Position numbers and translations under genes: made by a program
Shown here: positions 44,635-54,150 of the stretch, piece after piece
How positions within the stretch are numbered: position 1 is the stretch's first letter
Layout of the letters: every line of letters starts with the position of its first letter
From: Candidatus Eiseniibacteriota bacterium
GTDB taxonomy: Bacteria > Eisenbacteria > RBG-16-71-46 > CAZAMP01
DNA: 64,000 nucleotides
Assembly: GCA_965224245.1 (NCBI GenBank)
Contig: OZ245046.1
Coordinates: forward strand, 4,320,001 to 4,384,000
Direction: 5' to 3'
The notes under the pieces: generated by a model
Databases searched by the model: none
Seen by the model: the letters and a program-made list of their open reading frames with translations, nothing else
Told to the model about the DNA's origin: nothing

Positions 44635-47100
44635 ATGCTCCGCTGGAACGCCGGCGCGCGCCGCGGGCGCGCGTTCACGGCGGCGCTCGCGTGCGCGCTC
44701 GTCTGGCTCGGGATCGCAGCCGCCGGCTCGTCCGCCGCCACGTACTTCGTCGACGCCGCACGGCCCGACGACGCGGGTAGCGGAACGAGCTGGGACGACG
44801 CCAAGAGGACGATCGACGCCGCCATCGCCGCCTCGGCCGCCGGAGACGCCATCCTCGTCAAGTACGGCGCCTACGCGATCGACGACGACATCGTGCTCGT
44901 CTCGCATCGTCGCATCACGTCCGACGACGGCACGCACCTCGACTGGAGCTCGGCCGATCCCGATTCGAGTCTCTGCGTCGTCGACGCCGGCCAGGGCTCT
45001 CGTGTGCTCACCATCCACGGCGCCGCGATGACCGGACCGACTCACGTTCGAGGCCTCGAGCTGACCGGCGGCGACGGCACGTACAGCTCCGCCGACCCGT
45101 CCGCCGCCTATGGAGGCGGCGTCTACGTCGATGGGGGCGCCGACGTCACGCTCGAGCGCTGCTGGATCTCGGGCAACGTCGGCGGTACCAGCTACAACGG
45201 ATTCGGCGGTGGGGTCGCGTGTCTGGGGACAGGGACCGACGTCTCGATCGAGGACTGCCGGATCTCGGGAAACACCGCGGCCACACCCCATCACGGGTAC
45301 GGCGGCGGCATCTACTGCGACGGCGTCACCGCCACGATCGTCGGGAACGTGATCGAGGGCAACCTCGGATCCGTCCACCGGACCGGGGTCGGCGGCGGCA
45401 TCTACGCCGCGAACAGCGACGTCGTCGTCCAGTCGAACACGATCACGGACAACGTCGCGGCCGGACCCAGCTCGGGCGCGGGCGGCAACGGCGGCGGCGT
45501 CTATCTCTTCTCGGGCACCGCCGACGTCGGGCTGAACACGATCACCGGCAACAGCGCCGCCGAGGCGACGTCGAGAAGCGGTGCCGGCGGCGGGATCTAC
45601 TGCAGCACCGCCGAGACGTACATCTGGGAGAACGTGGTCGGCGAGAACGTCGCCTCTCGGGGGGGACGGGGCAACGGTGGCGGGATCTACTGCCGGGGAT
45701 CCGATTCGGTCGTACGCGACAACGAGGTGTACGACAACGTGGCCAGCACGTCCACCACAGGAGGCTACTACGCGTACGGCGCCGGGGGCGGCATCGTCGC
45801 CGGCGAGGGCAGCGGCATTCACGTGCTCCGCAACCGTGTGTACGGGAACGTCGCCTCTCGCTACGGAACGGGCAACGGAGGCGGGATCTGGATCAACAAC
45901 ATCGCGCAGATCGTGGAGCGGAATCTCATCTACGACAACGTCGCGTCGGAGGGGGCGCCCGGCGCCGGTGGCGGCGTCTTCATCAACGGCACGACGCGCG
46001 CCGAGGTCGTCAACAACACCCTGTACCACAACGCGAGCCAGACCGGCGGCGACGGGGGAACCGGCAGCGGGATCTATCACACCTCGGGCGGCACCCCGAC
46101 GATCCGCAACAACGCCATCGCCGCTCACGACGTGCCCGGCAGCGACATGGTGGGGATCTACGAGACCTCCGCCCTGACCGTCGAGTACAACTGCTATCAC
46201 GACAATCCGGGCGGGCACTACAACGAGCACGTGGTCTCGCTGAACGAGGGCATCGGCGAGCCCCGCTTCACCGACGCCGCGGTCCGCGACTTCGAGCTGC
46301 TGTACGACTCACCCCTGATCGAGGCCGGGCATCCCGACACGGAGGTGCCCGAGAACGGCGGCTGGCGCGTCGACGTGGGCGCGATCGAGTACACGGGGAT
46401 CCGCCACGCCCGCGCCGTCCCGGGCCCCGGTGAGTACCTGTTCGGCGGACAGGTCCGCGCAAAGGTGACCGTCACCACGTTGGGCACGCTGTCCGAGATC
46501 GACATGACCGTACATCCCGGCGAACGGCATCCCGATGCGGTGAGCGTCGTCGATCGCTGGTTCGACATCCAGGCGGACGAAGGAGGTGGAACCACGTTCG
46601 AGCTCACGCTCAGCTATCTCGACGAGGAGCTGAACGGGCACCGGGAGAGCGACCTCACCCTCTGGCGGCGGGACGGATCGTCGTGGGAGGGACCCAAGGT
46701 CCCCACGGACGCCGATGCCGACGACGACTGGCTGACCGTCAGCGGGGAGACCGCGTTCAGCGACTGGGTGATCAGCGGCTTCGACGTGATGCTCGACGTC
46801 CCTGGCGAGACCGTGCTCGGGCCCGCCGTCGCCCTCGGAGCCCCGGCGCCGAACCCGTTCCGCGTCGTGAGCAGGCTGCGGTTCGACCTGGCCGACCGGG
46901 GCCGGACCACGCTGGCGGTCTATCGAACCGACGGGCGGCGGGTTCGCACGCTGATCGACGCGGTGCTCCCGGTCGGCGTGCACGAGATCACCTGGGATGG
47001 TCGCGACGACGCGGGGCACGCGGTCGCGTCCGGTACCTATTTCTGCCGGCTGTCGACGGCACGGGGTCGAGTCGACCGTCGACTGACCCTCGTGCGATGA
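44635..47100 (+). CDS. Secreted right-handed parallel beta-helix (GGGIY repeat) protein with C-terminal FlgD-Ig/T9SS-type domain
   Basis: Signal peptide; 'GSGTSWDDAKRTI'; many 'N.A..GGGIY' repeats; 'SPLIEAG...DVGAIEY'; 'PNPF...WDGRDDAG...SGTYF'. Confidence 0.88.
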   Translation: MLRWNAGARRGRAFTAALACALVWLGIAAAGSSAATYFVDAARPDDAGSGTSWDDAKRTIDAAIAASAAGDAILVKYGAYAIDDDIVLVSHRRITSDDGTHLDWSSADPDSSLCVVDAGQGSRVLTIHGAAMTGPTHVRGLELTGGDGTYSSADPSAAYGGGVYVDGGADVTLERCWISGNVGGTSYNGFGGGVACLGTGTDVSIEDCRISGNTAATPHHGYGGGIYCDGVTATIVGNVIEGNLGSVHRTGVGGGIYAANSDVVVQSNTITDNVAAGPSSGAGGNGGGVYLFSGTADVGLNTITGNSAAEATSRSGAGGGIYCSTAETYIWENVVGENVASRGGRGNGGGIYCRGSDSVVRDNEVYDNVASTSTTGGYYAYGAGGGIVAGEGSGIHVLRNRVYGNVASRYGTGNGGGIWINNIAQIVERNLIYDNVASEGAPGAGGGVFINGTTRAEVVNNTLYHNASQTGGDGGTGSGIYHTSGGTPTIRNNAIAAHDVPGSDMVGIYETSALTVEYNCYHDNPGGHYNEHVVSLNEGIGEPRFTDAAVRDFELLYDSPLIEAGHPDTEVPENGGWRVDVGAIEYTGIRHARAVPGPGEYLFGGQVRAKVTVTTLGTLSEIDMTVHPGERHPDAVSVVDRWFDIQADEGGGTTFELTLSYLDEELNGHRESDLTLWRRDGSSWEGPKVPTDADADDDWLTVSGETAFSDWVISGFDVMLDVPGETVLGPAVALGAPAPNPFRVVSRLRFDLADRGRTTLAVYRTDGRRVRTLIDAVLPVGVHEITWDGRDDAGHAVASGTYFCRLSTARGRVDRRLTLVR

Positions 47101-47239
47101 GCTGACGAGGGCCGAGGGTGCCCCCGCGGAGAGCACGCGAGCGCACGATCTCCCTGGTCGCGCGCTCGCTTTCGTCTAGCGCCGTCGGGGCACGCCGTGC
47201 GTGACGAACGTGTCGGGCCGGGATGCGGCGGTGAGACGC

Positions 47240-47950
47240 TCACGGCATCCGGAACGTGCCGACCCGTGAACGCGCGATCTCGTCTCGGTTTCGGTAGGCG
47301 ACCACACACCACGCTACCGCGGCGCCGGATGGCGGCGGATCGGGGACGCGCGTGGGCTGGAAGACCAGGAGCGTGTCGGGGCCACCGTCCACGATCGCGT
47401 GAACCGTGCCGTCGTCGTCGAGAAGGTGCAGCTCGTAGCGGTTCGCTCCGTCGACCGGACGCCAGGTCAGACGCACCCGTCCGCCCGCCATCCTCTCGGG
47501 CTCCTCGGCGATCGAGACCACGTCCGTGCCGGCCCGGTCACCGCGGAGGCGGAGCTCGGGCTCCCGGTCGTCACGAGCGAGCAACGTCATGGCCGACACC
47601 ACGACGACGAACGCGGCGCCGGCACCGAACGCGGGCCTCCAGCGCGGGCCGAGGAACGCGTCGAAGAGGCGGTCCAGTCGGCTCGGGCGGGTCGACCGGG
47701 CGGCGGCCGCCGACCGCCGGGTCGCGCTCGCTCCGGTGAGGATCTCCCGTTCGAGCACGTCCGAGAGGCGCGCCGCGGCGTCGGTCGGGTCCGCACCCGC
47801 GGGGACATCGGCGGGATCGAGAAACGACCGATACGACGCCAGCCGCGCCCGGCAACGCGGGCAGTCATGCAGGTGGTCGAGCGCGCGGTCACCCGGAGCG
47901 AGCCCGGCGATCGTCTCCAGCTCGTCGATTCGGTAGCAGGCGTCGCTCAT
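47240..47950 (-). CDS. Zinc-binding anti-sigma factor (zf-HC2) with TM and extracytoplasmic beta domain
   Basis: 'HLHDCPRC' (HxxxCxxC); TM 'AAFVVVVSAMTLLA'; ATGA overlap with sigma gene. Confidence 0.8.
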   Translation of the reverse strand: MSDACYRIDELETIAGLAPGDRALDHLHDCPRCRARLASYRSFLDPADVPAGADPTDAAARLSDVLEREILTGASATRRSAAAARSTRPSRLDRLFDAFLGPRWRPAFGAGAAFVVVVSAMTLLARDDREPELRLRGDRAGTDVVSIAEEPERMAGGRVRLTWRPVDGANRYELHLLDDDGTVHAIVDGGPDTLLVFQPTRVPDPPPSGAAVAWCVVAYRNRDEIARSRVGTFRMP

Positions 47951-48561
47951 GGTGATGATCCCCAGCGGTGCGCGTCGTCGTCTCGTGCTCTCGCTGCGAG
48001 TGCGCTGCGAAGCTTTCGCCGCGCGCTCTGCAGCACCCCACGGGCCCCCGACGCGGACCCGATCTTCAGGATCACGGTGATGTCGTCCACGGCGACCCGC
48101 TCGAAGCAGCGGAGCCAGATCGCCTCCTGCTCGACGGGCTCGAGCGTCCGCCGGATCAGCGCGAGCGACGCCTCCTCGTCGAGACGCTCTTCGAGCTCAC
48201 GATCGGGACCGATGCCGTCGTCCATCACGGCATCGGGATCGGCGTGCTCGTCGGTCATGAGCGCCGGTCGACGGAGCTGACTCAAGCAACGATTCCGCGC
48301 GATCGCGAAGAGCCACGACGAGAAGCGCGCCCGCCCCTCGAACGTGCCGAGATCCCGGTATGCCGCCAAGAGCGTCTCCTGGGCCAGATCCAGCGCCCGC
48401 TCGTGGTCGCGGACGTGGCGAACGCACCACAGATACACGCGCCCCTGGTACCTGGCGAACAGGTCGGCGACGTCGCGTCGCACGCCGTCGGCCTCCGGCT
48501 CGGTCTGGAACCGGAGCACGATCTCCTCGTCCGTTCGGTCGGGCGCATTCAATCGGTTCAT
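47947..48561 (-). CDS. ECF sigma factor
   Basis: 'LFARYQGRVY', 'ALDLAQETLLAAY', 'FEGRARFSSWLFAIARNRC', region 4 'ARGVLQSARRKLR'. Confidence 0.9.
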   Translation of the reverse strand: MNRLNAPDRTDEEIVLRFQTEPEADGVRRDVADLFARYQGRVYLWCVRHVRDHERALDLAQETLLAAYRDLGTFEGRARFSSWLFAIARNRCLSQLRRPALMTDEHADPDAVMDDGIGPDRELEERLDEEASLALIRRTLEPVEQEAIWLRCFERVAVDDITVILKIGSASGARGVLQSARRKLRSALAARARDDDAHRWGSSP

Positions 48562-48566
48562 CGAGC

Positions 48567-48596
48567 TTGGGCGCACGACCACCTCCGGAATCACAC
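48567..48596 (-). promoter_or_regulatory. Candidate autoregulatory ECF promoter (copy 2), probably giving a leaderless transcript
   Basis: Minus strand GTGTGATTCCGG-AGGTGGTCGT-GCGCCCAA ends 5 nt before ATG 48561; no obvious RBS. Confidence 0.7.
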
Positions 48597-51461
48597 CGAT
48601 CGGGGCGCCGGCCGGGTCGAACGGTCGATCGATCCGGCGCGACGCCGCCACCACACCGCGGTCACCCCGAGACCGATCCCCAGCCCGATCAGGGCGCGGC
48701 CGGGCCAGGAGTGGCGACGCTCGAGGGCGATGGTGGCTCGACCGTCCCCCATGACCGTGAAGCCGGCCCAGTAAAAGGGATGTGTCGTCTCGGGATCCTC
48801 TCTCATCCGACGCTGCGCCGTCCCGAGCGCGCCCGCCACCGAGCGTCCGCGCTCGAGGGCTCGATAGAAGACGTCCATGAAGCGCGCGGTCTGTGCGTCG
48901 TCGACGGGCCAGAGCGTCGAGACCACGCACCGCGTGCCGGCCACGAGGAATGCCGTACCGAGCCCCAGCATGCCCTCTCCGGAGACGATTCGCCCACCCG
49001 CGCTCTCGCATCCGGAGAGCACCGCCAGGCGCGCATCGAGATCCAGCGACACGATCGCCTCGGCCCGCAGCATCGAGTCCGCCTCGGCACTGCCGGCACC
49101 GCCGGGTCCGCTGACGTCGGCCGAGTCGGCCGATCCCGAGCCCCCGGCGCCGAGGGCGATTCCCGATCGCCAGGGCCGCTCGTCGTCCACGGTGATGTGT
49201 CCCGCGAGGTGGACGACGTCGTAGCCGACCAGGTCGGCGCCGCGGAGCGATCCCGCCTCGTCGTCCCTCCACAGATGCACGTGACGATAGCGTCCGGCGA
49301 GCTGCCGGACTTCGCCCCGCGCGCCGGCCAGATCCCCTCCGACCGACGGGCCGGCGGCCGCATAGGCGAGCGTGGACGGCGCCCCGGCTGCCGTCGAAGG
49401 CGCAACGTCGCGAAGAAGCGCGAGCACGGCACAAGACGGCACGCGCAGAACCGTCGCGTCGACGTCGCCGGCCAGCAGCGGGCGCAGCGGAATCCGATGG
49501 AGCGCGCCGTCGGGAACGTAGACGATACCGCTCGCGGCGGCGATGAGATCGGACACGCCCGCGAGCAGCGCGCTGGCCAGCGTGGCCGTGGTACGGGCCA
49601 GGAGCTCGAGGTCGGCGTCGCCCGATGCGCTCGACGGGGGCGCGGCGAGGAGACCCCGGCAGATCCCGACGTTGCGGGCGAGCCTCGTCTCGGTCATTCC
49701 CACGCGAACCACCCGACAGGAGTCCGTCGTCACCGCGAACACCAGTGTCTGATCGGATGCCGCGTGAATGTCGAGTAGTAGCTCTCCGGGCACGAGCACC
49801 CGGGTCTGGATCGCCGAGAGCGTCAACGCGTCCGTCGGCGCCCGTGCTCCCGCATCCTCGCCCAGCATGCGCTCGATCAGCGCGCGCGATCGAAAGCGCT
49901 GCAAGAACGCGAACGCGCGCTCTCGCCGCGCGGCCACCGGCAGCTGGGCGGGATGCTCGAGCAGCAGATCGGCGAGCGCGCCGTGAATCGCCGACCCGAG
50001 CTCCGCGCGCTGCTCCCGCCACATCGGATCGTCGGGCCGACTCCGCATGGCCTCCCAGGAGTCCGCGGCCTGTCGCAGATACACGTATGCGCTGTCGGGG
50101 TACCCGAGCCCTCGATGGGCCGCCGCCGCGATGCGGCGAATGTGGAGGTCGACCTTCACCGGCAGCGGCTCGTCGTCGGCCTCGGCCGCGATCGCCCGCG
50201 CCAACGGAAGCACCTCGGCGTAGCGGCCGGCGTGGAGCAGGAGCTGTGCGAGCTCGCCCTCGATCACGACCCGCTTCTCGCGCCCGAGCCGGGGGACGAT
50301 CTGGGGGAGGTGTTCCTCCATCAGGGTGACGGCGGCGGCCAGCGAGTCGGCGTCGTCGAGCGTGCGCGCGAGCCCCTTCAGGGCATCGGCCTCGAGGGCG
50401 GGCAGGTCGGTCTCCTGAAGCAGGTGAAGGGCGGCCCTGTAGTGCCCGACCGCCTCACCGGATCGGAGCCGGTCCCGCGCGATCTCCCCGAGCGCGATGC
50501 GCGCGGAGGCCTCGTGATCGCGAAACCCGAACTCCCGGGCGATCGCGAGCTGCTCGTTCAACAGGCGCTCGGCGTCCTCGTACCGGCCCAGCTCTCGAAA
50601 CGCCAGCGCCGCGTTGGAGGCCGGCGCGATGGCGGCGCGCAGCCGGTTCTGCGCGCGCAGAACCGCGTACGCCTCGTCCCAGTGGACGGCGGCGCGATCG
50701 GGGCGGCCGGCGTTCGCCTCGAGGAGCCCCAGGTTGGTCAGGCAGTTCCCCTCGAGCGACGCCTGATCGTGCTCGCGCGCGTAGCGAAGCGCGTCCGTCC
50801 AGCTCCGTCGCGCCGCGTCGACGTCTCCCGCGCGGTGCTGGCAGATCCCGAGAAACAGCTTCGCCCCGTTCTCGTCGAGGGCGAGGTCGAGCCGCTGGAA
50901 GAGGGCGATCGCGCGCTCCAGCCGACGGGCCGCGCTCTCGAGCTGCCCGGCGCCGATCTCGCGACGACCGAGGTACAGATCCCCGCGCCCCACGAACTCG
51001 TCGAGGCCGGCGCGCTCGGCCAGCTCGATCACCCGCTCGTACATCGCGATCGCGCGTGGCGGCCGCCCCTGGGCATCGGCGGCCTGGGCCTGGCGGAAGA
51101 GGCTCCGGCACCACAGGAGCGTGTCGGCCACCTGCGCCGAGAGCGAGGCCGCCTCGGCCAGTGCCGACTCCGCCTCGGCCGGGCGGTTCATGAACCGGAG
51201 CACGCGTCCGATCCGGAACGCGGCGCGTGCCTCGTCACCGGCGGCTCCGGCCCGGTGACGCTCGTCTCGCAGGGCGCCGAGGACGACCAGCGCCGAGTCG
51301 AGACGGCCTTCGGCCCGCAGCGAGTCGGCGTGGGAGAACGCGGCATCCACGTCGGCCGCGCCCGCCGGTCCGGTCGTCTCGGCGGTGGCGAAGGGCGCAC
51401 GCCCGTGCGCCCAGAGGATCGCCGTGAGGCACAGCAGTGCCGTCGTCAGAGAGGCCCGCAC
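48591..51461 (-). CDS. TPR-CHAT (caspase-like, clan CD) protease with N-terminal signal-like segment and C-terminal TM anchor
   Basis: TPRs; 'VPDGALHRIP', catalytic His region 'VVHLAGH', Cys 'LSGCES', 'STLWPVDD', 'HPFYWAGF'; C-terminal 'ALIGLGIGLGVTAVWWRRR'; start codon uncertain. Confidence 0.88.
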   Translation of the reverse strand: MRASLTTALLCLTAILWAHGRAPFATAETTGPAGAADVDAAFSHADSLRAEGRLDSALVVLGALRDERHRAGAAGDEARAAFRIGRVLRFMNRPAEAESALAEAASLSAQVADTLLWCRSLFRQAQAADAQGRPPRAIAMYERVIELAERAGLDEFVGRGDLYLGRREIGAGQLESAARRLERAIALFQRLDLALDENGAKLFLGICQHRAGDVDAARRSWTDALRYAREHDQASLEGNCLTNLGLLEANAGRPDRAAVHWDEAYAVLRAQNRLRAAIAPASNAALAFRELGRYEDAERLLNEQLAIAREFGFRDHEASARIALGEIARDRLRSGEAVGHYRAALHLLQETDLPALEADALKGLARTLDDADSLAAAVTLMEEHLPQIVPRLGREKRVVIEGELAQLLLHAGRYAEVLPLARAIAAEADDEPLPVKVDLHIRRIAAAAHRGLGYPDSAYVYLRQAADSWEAMRSRPDDPMWREQRAELGSAIHGALADLLLEHPAQLPVAARRERAFAFLQRFRSRALIERMLGEDAGARAPTDALTLSAIQTRVLVPGELLLDIHAASDQTLVFAVTTDSCRVVRVGMTETRLARNVGICRGLLAAPPSSASGDADLELLARTTATLASALLAGVSDLIAAASGIVYVPDGALHRIPLRPLLAGDVDATVLRVPSCAVLALLRDVAPSTAAGAPSTLAYAAAGPSVGGDLAGARGEVRQLAGRYRHVHLWRDDEAGSLRGADLVGYDVVHLAGHITVDDERPWRSGIALGAGGSGSADSADVSGPGGAGSAEADSMLRAEAIVSLDLDARLAVLSGCESAGGRIVSGEGMLGLGTAFLVAGTRCVVSTLWPVDDAQTARFMDVFYRALERGRSVAGALGTAQRRMREDPETTHPFYWAGFTVMGDGRATIALERRHSWPGRALIGLGIGLGVTAVWWRRRAGSIDRSTRPAPRSV

Positions 51462-51728
51462 GCTGCTCTCCCCCGACTCCACGCGCTCACGCGCGTGCTC
51501 CAAGGCTCGATCGCCACCGGGCGAGCCATTCGTGTGCTCGCCGAACGAGCGCGTGCGGCGAATCGCGAGACCGCGAATCGCTGGTCGCATTGTACTCCCG
51601 CCGGGCGGTGTCCGGAATCAGCCGTCGAACGAAAAGGCAGCGTGATCGGGACCAGTGGGAGAGTCCGAGCGGAGGGATGGAGGCGACCCCCTCACGGGAG
51701 CGGGTCGCCTCTCGACGTGATCAGCGCA

Positions 51729-54077
51729 CTAGCGCAGGATGAACAGCTTGCTGTGGAAACTGCCGAAGCGGGTGTCGAACCGGATGAAGTATGCCCCGGA
51801 CGCGAGCAGGCTCCCGTCGTCGGAGCGCGCGTCGAACGCATACTCGTGCCGGCCCGCCTCGAACGCGCCCTCGGCGATCGTGCGCACGAGCTGACCCTTG
51901 ACGCTGAACAGCCGCAGCGATCCCTCGGTCGGGCGATCCAGCTCGTAGTGGATCTTGGTGCTCGACTTGTACGGGTTCGGCGACGCACCCAGCGCCACGA
52001 ACGGGAACGGGTTGGTCGGCGGCTCCAGCGGCTCGACGGCCACGACGATCCCGCCCTCGACGAGGGTCCGCGTGTGCAGCACGAGCGCCGACCCGTCGAC
52101 CTCGACGGACGCGGTGTGGTCGAGCTCCTGGGCGCCGGTGAACGTGCCCGCGATGCCGTTCAGCGACATCGTGCCCGACACGGCGAACACGTAGTCGGAA
52201 ACGCCGTCGGTCAGCGTCATGTCGCCCGCGATCTCCACCGTGCCCGGGCCGGTGGACGTCAGACCGATGAGCCCGCTCCAGGAGTCGGTGAACGCGATGC
52301 CGCCGAGGGCGGCGTCGGACTCCGCGGTGAAGTCGAAGTCGATGTCCGAGGTGCCGGTGCGGACGATCGCGAACGTCCCCGTCACCGTGCCCTCGGTGGC
52401 GGTCAGCGTGACGGCGCCGCTGATGTCCTCGCCCCCGATCTGGAAGACGCCCGGATCCTCGGCCGGCGTGGCCAGGAATCCGAGCGCGAGGCCACCCACC
52501 GCCAGCTGCGCGTTGGAGTCGACCGCCGGCGGCGGATCCATGCGGATCTCCGCCTCGTTGGGGATGAACCACGCCGTGCCCGACGCGGCGAATGGGGCCA
52601 CGGACGCAATGTCGCCCGTCACCGAGAGCGTGTGCACGTCGTCGAAGCGCGAGAAGATGACGTCGGGGTTGCCCTCGCGCGCGTCGGACCACGCCGCGAA
52701 CACCGACCGCTCGTCGCTGTCCATGTCGTTGTAGTCGCCGAAGTTCGGAATGGCGTCGGCGGGCACGCCGCACCAGGCCACCGACATGTCGGACATGCGC
52801 CGGTTCGGGCCGAACGTGACGCCGCCGTCGACCGACTGGGTCACGTAGAAGTCGCAGAGGCTCGTTCCGCCCGCGTCGTTGCGGCGATCGTACCAGCCCA
52901 CGGTGACGCGGCCGTCGGGGCCTACCGACAACGTCGGGAAGAACTGCTCGGTGTCGTCGGAGGGTGTGTTGTCGTTGAGCTGCTTGAACCCCTGGAAGCT
53001 CGCACCGTGGTTGTCGGAGTACTTGTAGTAGATGTTGAACTCGCCGCCCGCGCCGTTCACGTAAGACGCGTGCAGGCGCCCGCGGTTTTGACCGTCGCTG
53101 CGATCCACCTCGACCGACGGCCAGCGCAGGTTGCGGTCGCGGTTGAAGCACTGCGGATTCTCGCCCGAGAAGAACCCCATCGTCGCGATCTGGTTGATCC
53201 CGGTCGACCAGCTCGAGCCGCCGTTGGAGGAGTACCGCACGAACGCGGTGCCGCTGGCCGCCGGATCACCCTCGGCCCACGAGACGTACACCCCGCCGTC
53301 GATGCCGACCACGGGATACGGTCCACTCGAGCCGAACCCGTCGACCACGAGCCGCGGGGACGCCCACGCGAGCCCGTCGGTGTCCGACCACGTGAGCTCG
53401 GTGTTTCCGGTGTTGATGTTGTTGTACGCCATGTAGATCCGGTCGATGGTGGGATCGTAGTCGAGATACTCCTTGTCGAGGAAGGCGGCCCCGTACCGGA
53501 TCGGTGGATTCCAGGTGAGCACGTCCGAGATGAACTCGCCGCGGTTGACGGCGAGGCCACTGGGATCTCCGAGGCTGTTCAGGCCGATCGACGCGTAGAC
53601 CCACGTGCCGGCGTTGGTCTTCACGATCGTCGGGTCGCCGAGGACCCCGATGGTGGCCGTCTCGGGCATGCTGCCGCCATCGGTCCAGGTCTCGCCGCGG
53701 TCGCGGGAGTAGCCGACGCCGCTGTTGCTGCCCACCCCGGCGAACCCCCGCGAATCGTTCCAGCCGATGACGACGTCGTCACCGTCGACCCAGATGCCGA
53801 CCTCGGACTGAACCGAGGCGCCGGGCTCGCCGGTCCGGTCGTTGACCAGCTTGTTGTCCGGAGGTACCGCGCGCCCGGGAGGCACGGGCTGGGTCTGAGG
53901 CGGATCGTAGTCGCCAACCGGCGGCTCGATCGGCTCGGGAAACGCGGAGCGGAACGCCGTCCCGGTCGTGGAGTCGGCGCCCGGGGCGTCCGACGTGGCT
54001 CGCTCGCGTGCTATGAATCCTCCGGCGACGACCAGGATGCTCACCAGAGCGATGGCCGCGGTGCGATGCGCTGTCAT
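51729..54077 (-). CDS. Secreted BNR/Asp-box (sialidase-like propeller) protein with C-terminal FlgD-Ig/T9SS-type domain
   Basis: Asp boxes 'SRDRGETW', 'SSNGGSSW', 'SDNHGASF', 'SVDGGVTF'; 'DKEY', 'FGDY'; 'SPNPY...SGAYFIR'. Confidence 0.85.
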   Translation of the reverse strand: MTAHRTAAIALVSILVVAGGFIARERATSDAPGADSTTGTAFRSAFPEPIEPPVGDYDPPQTQPVPPGRAVPPDNKLVNDRTGEPGASVQSEVGIWVDGDDVVIGWNDSRGFAGVGSNSGVGYSRDRGETWTDGGSMPETATIGVLGDPTIVKTNAGTWVYASIGLNSLGDPSGLAVNRGEFISDVLTWNPPIRYGAAFLDKEYLDYDPTIDRIYMAYNNINTGNTELTWSDTDGLAWASPRLVVDGFGSSGPYPVVGIDGGVYVSWAEGDPAASGTAFVRYSSNGGSSWSTGINQIATMGFFSGENPQCFNRDRNLRWPSVEVDRSDGQNRGRLHASYVNGAGGEFNIYYKYSDNHGASFQGFKQLNDNTPSDDTEQFFPTLSVGPDGRVTVGWYDRRNDAGGTSLCDFYVTQSVDGGVTFGPNRRMSDMSVAWCGVPADAIPNFGDYNDMDSDERSVFAAWSDAREGNPDVIFSRFDDVHTLSVTGDIASVAPFAASGTAWFIPNEAEIRMDPPPAVDSNAQLAVGGLALGFLATPAEDPGVFQIGGEDISGAVTLTATEGTVTGTFAIVRTGTSDIDFDFTAESDAALGGIAFTDSWSGLIGLTSTGPGTVEIAGDMTLTDGVSDYVFAVSGTMSLNGIAGTFTGAQELDHTASVEVDGSALVLHTRTLVEGGIVVAVEPLEPPTNPFPFVALGASPNPYKSSTKIHYELDRPTEGSLRLFSVKGQLVRTIAEGAFEAGRHEYAFDARSDDGSLLASGAYFIRFDTRFGSFHSKLFILR

Positions 54078-54150
54078 GCGACACCTCCGTGTGTGGGTGG
54101 AGGGAGATGGCCGGAAAGTGAAATTGTAGCGCGTCCCGGCGCTCCGGTGG

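Noticed and set aside
48562-50022. Long N-terminal extensions of ORF calls for this sigma, the cNMP protein (to 6309), BlaR1 (to 29351), ICMT (from 996) and the last sigma (to 63968)
   Set aside because: Extensions overlap other real genes and are low complexity; internal starts fit domain boundaries
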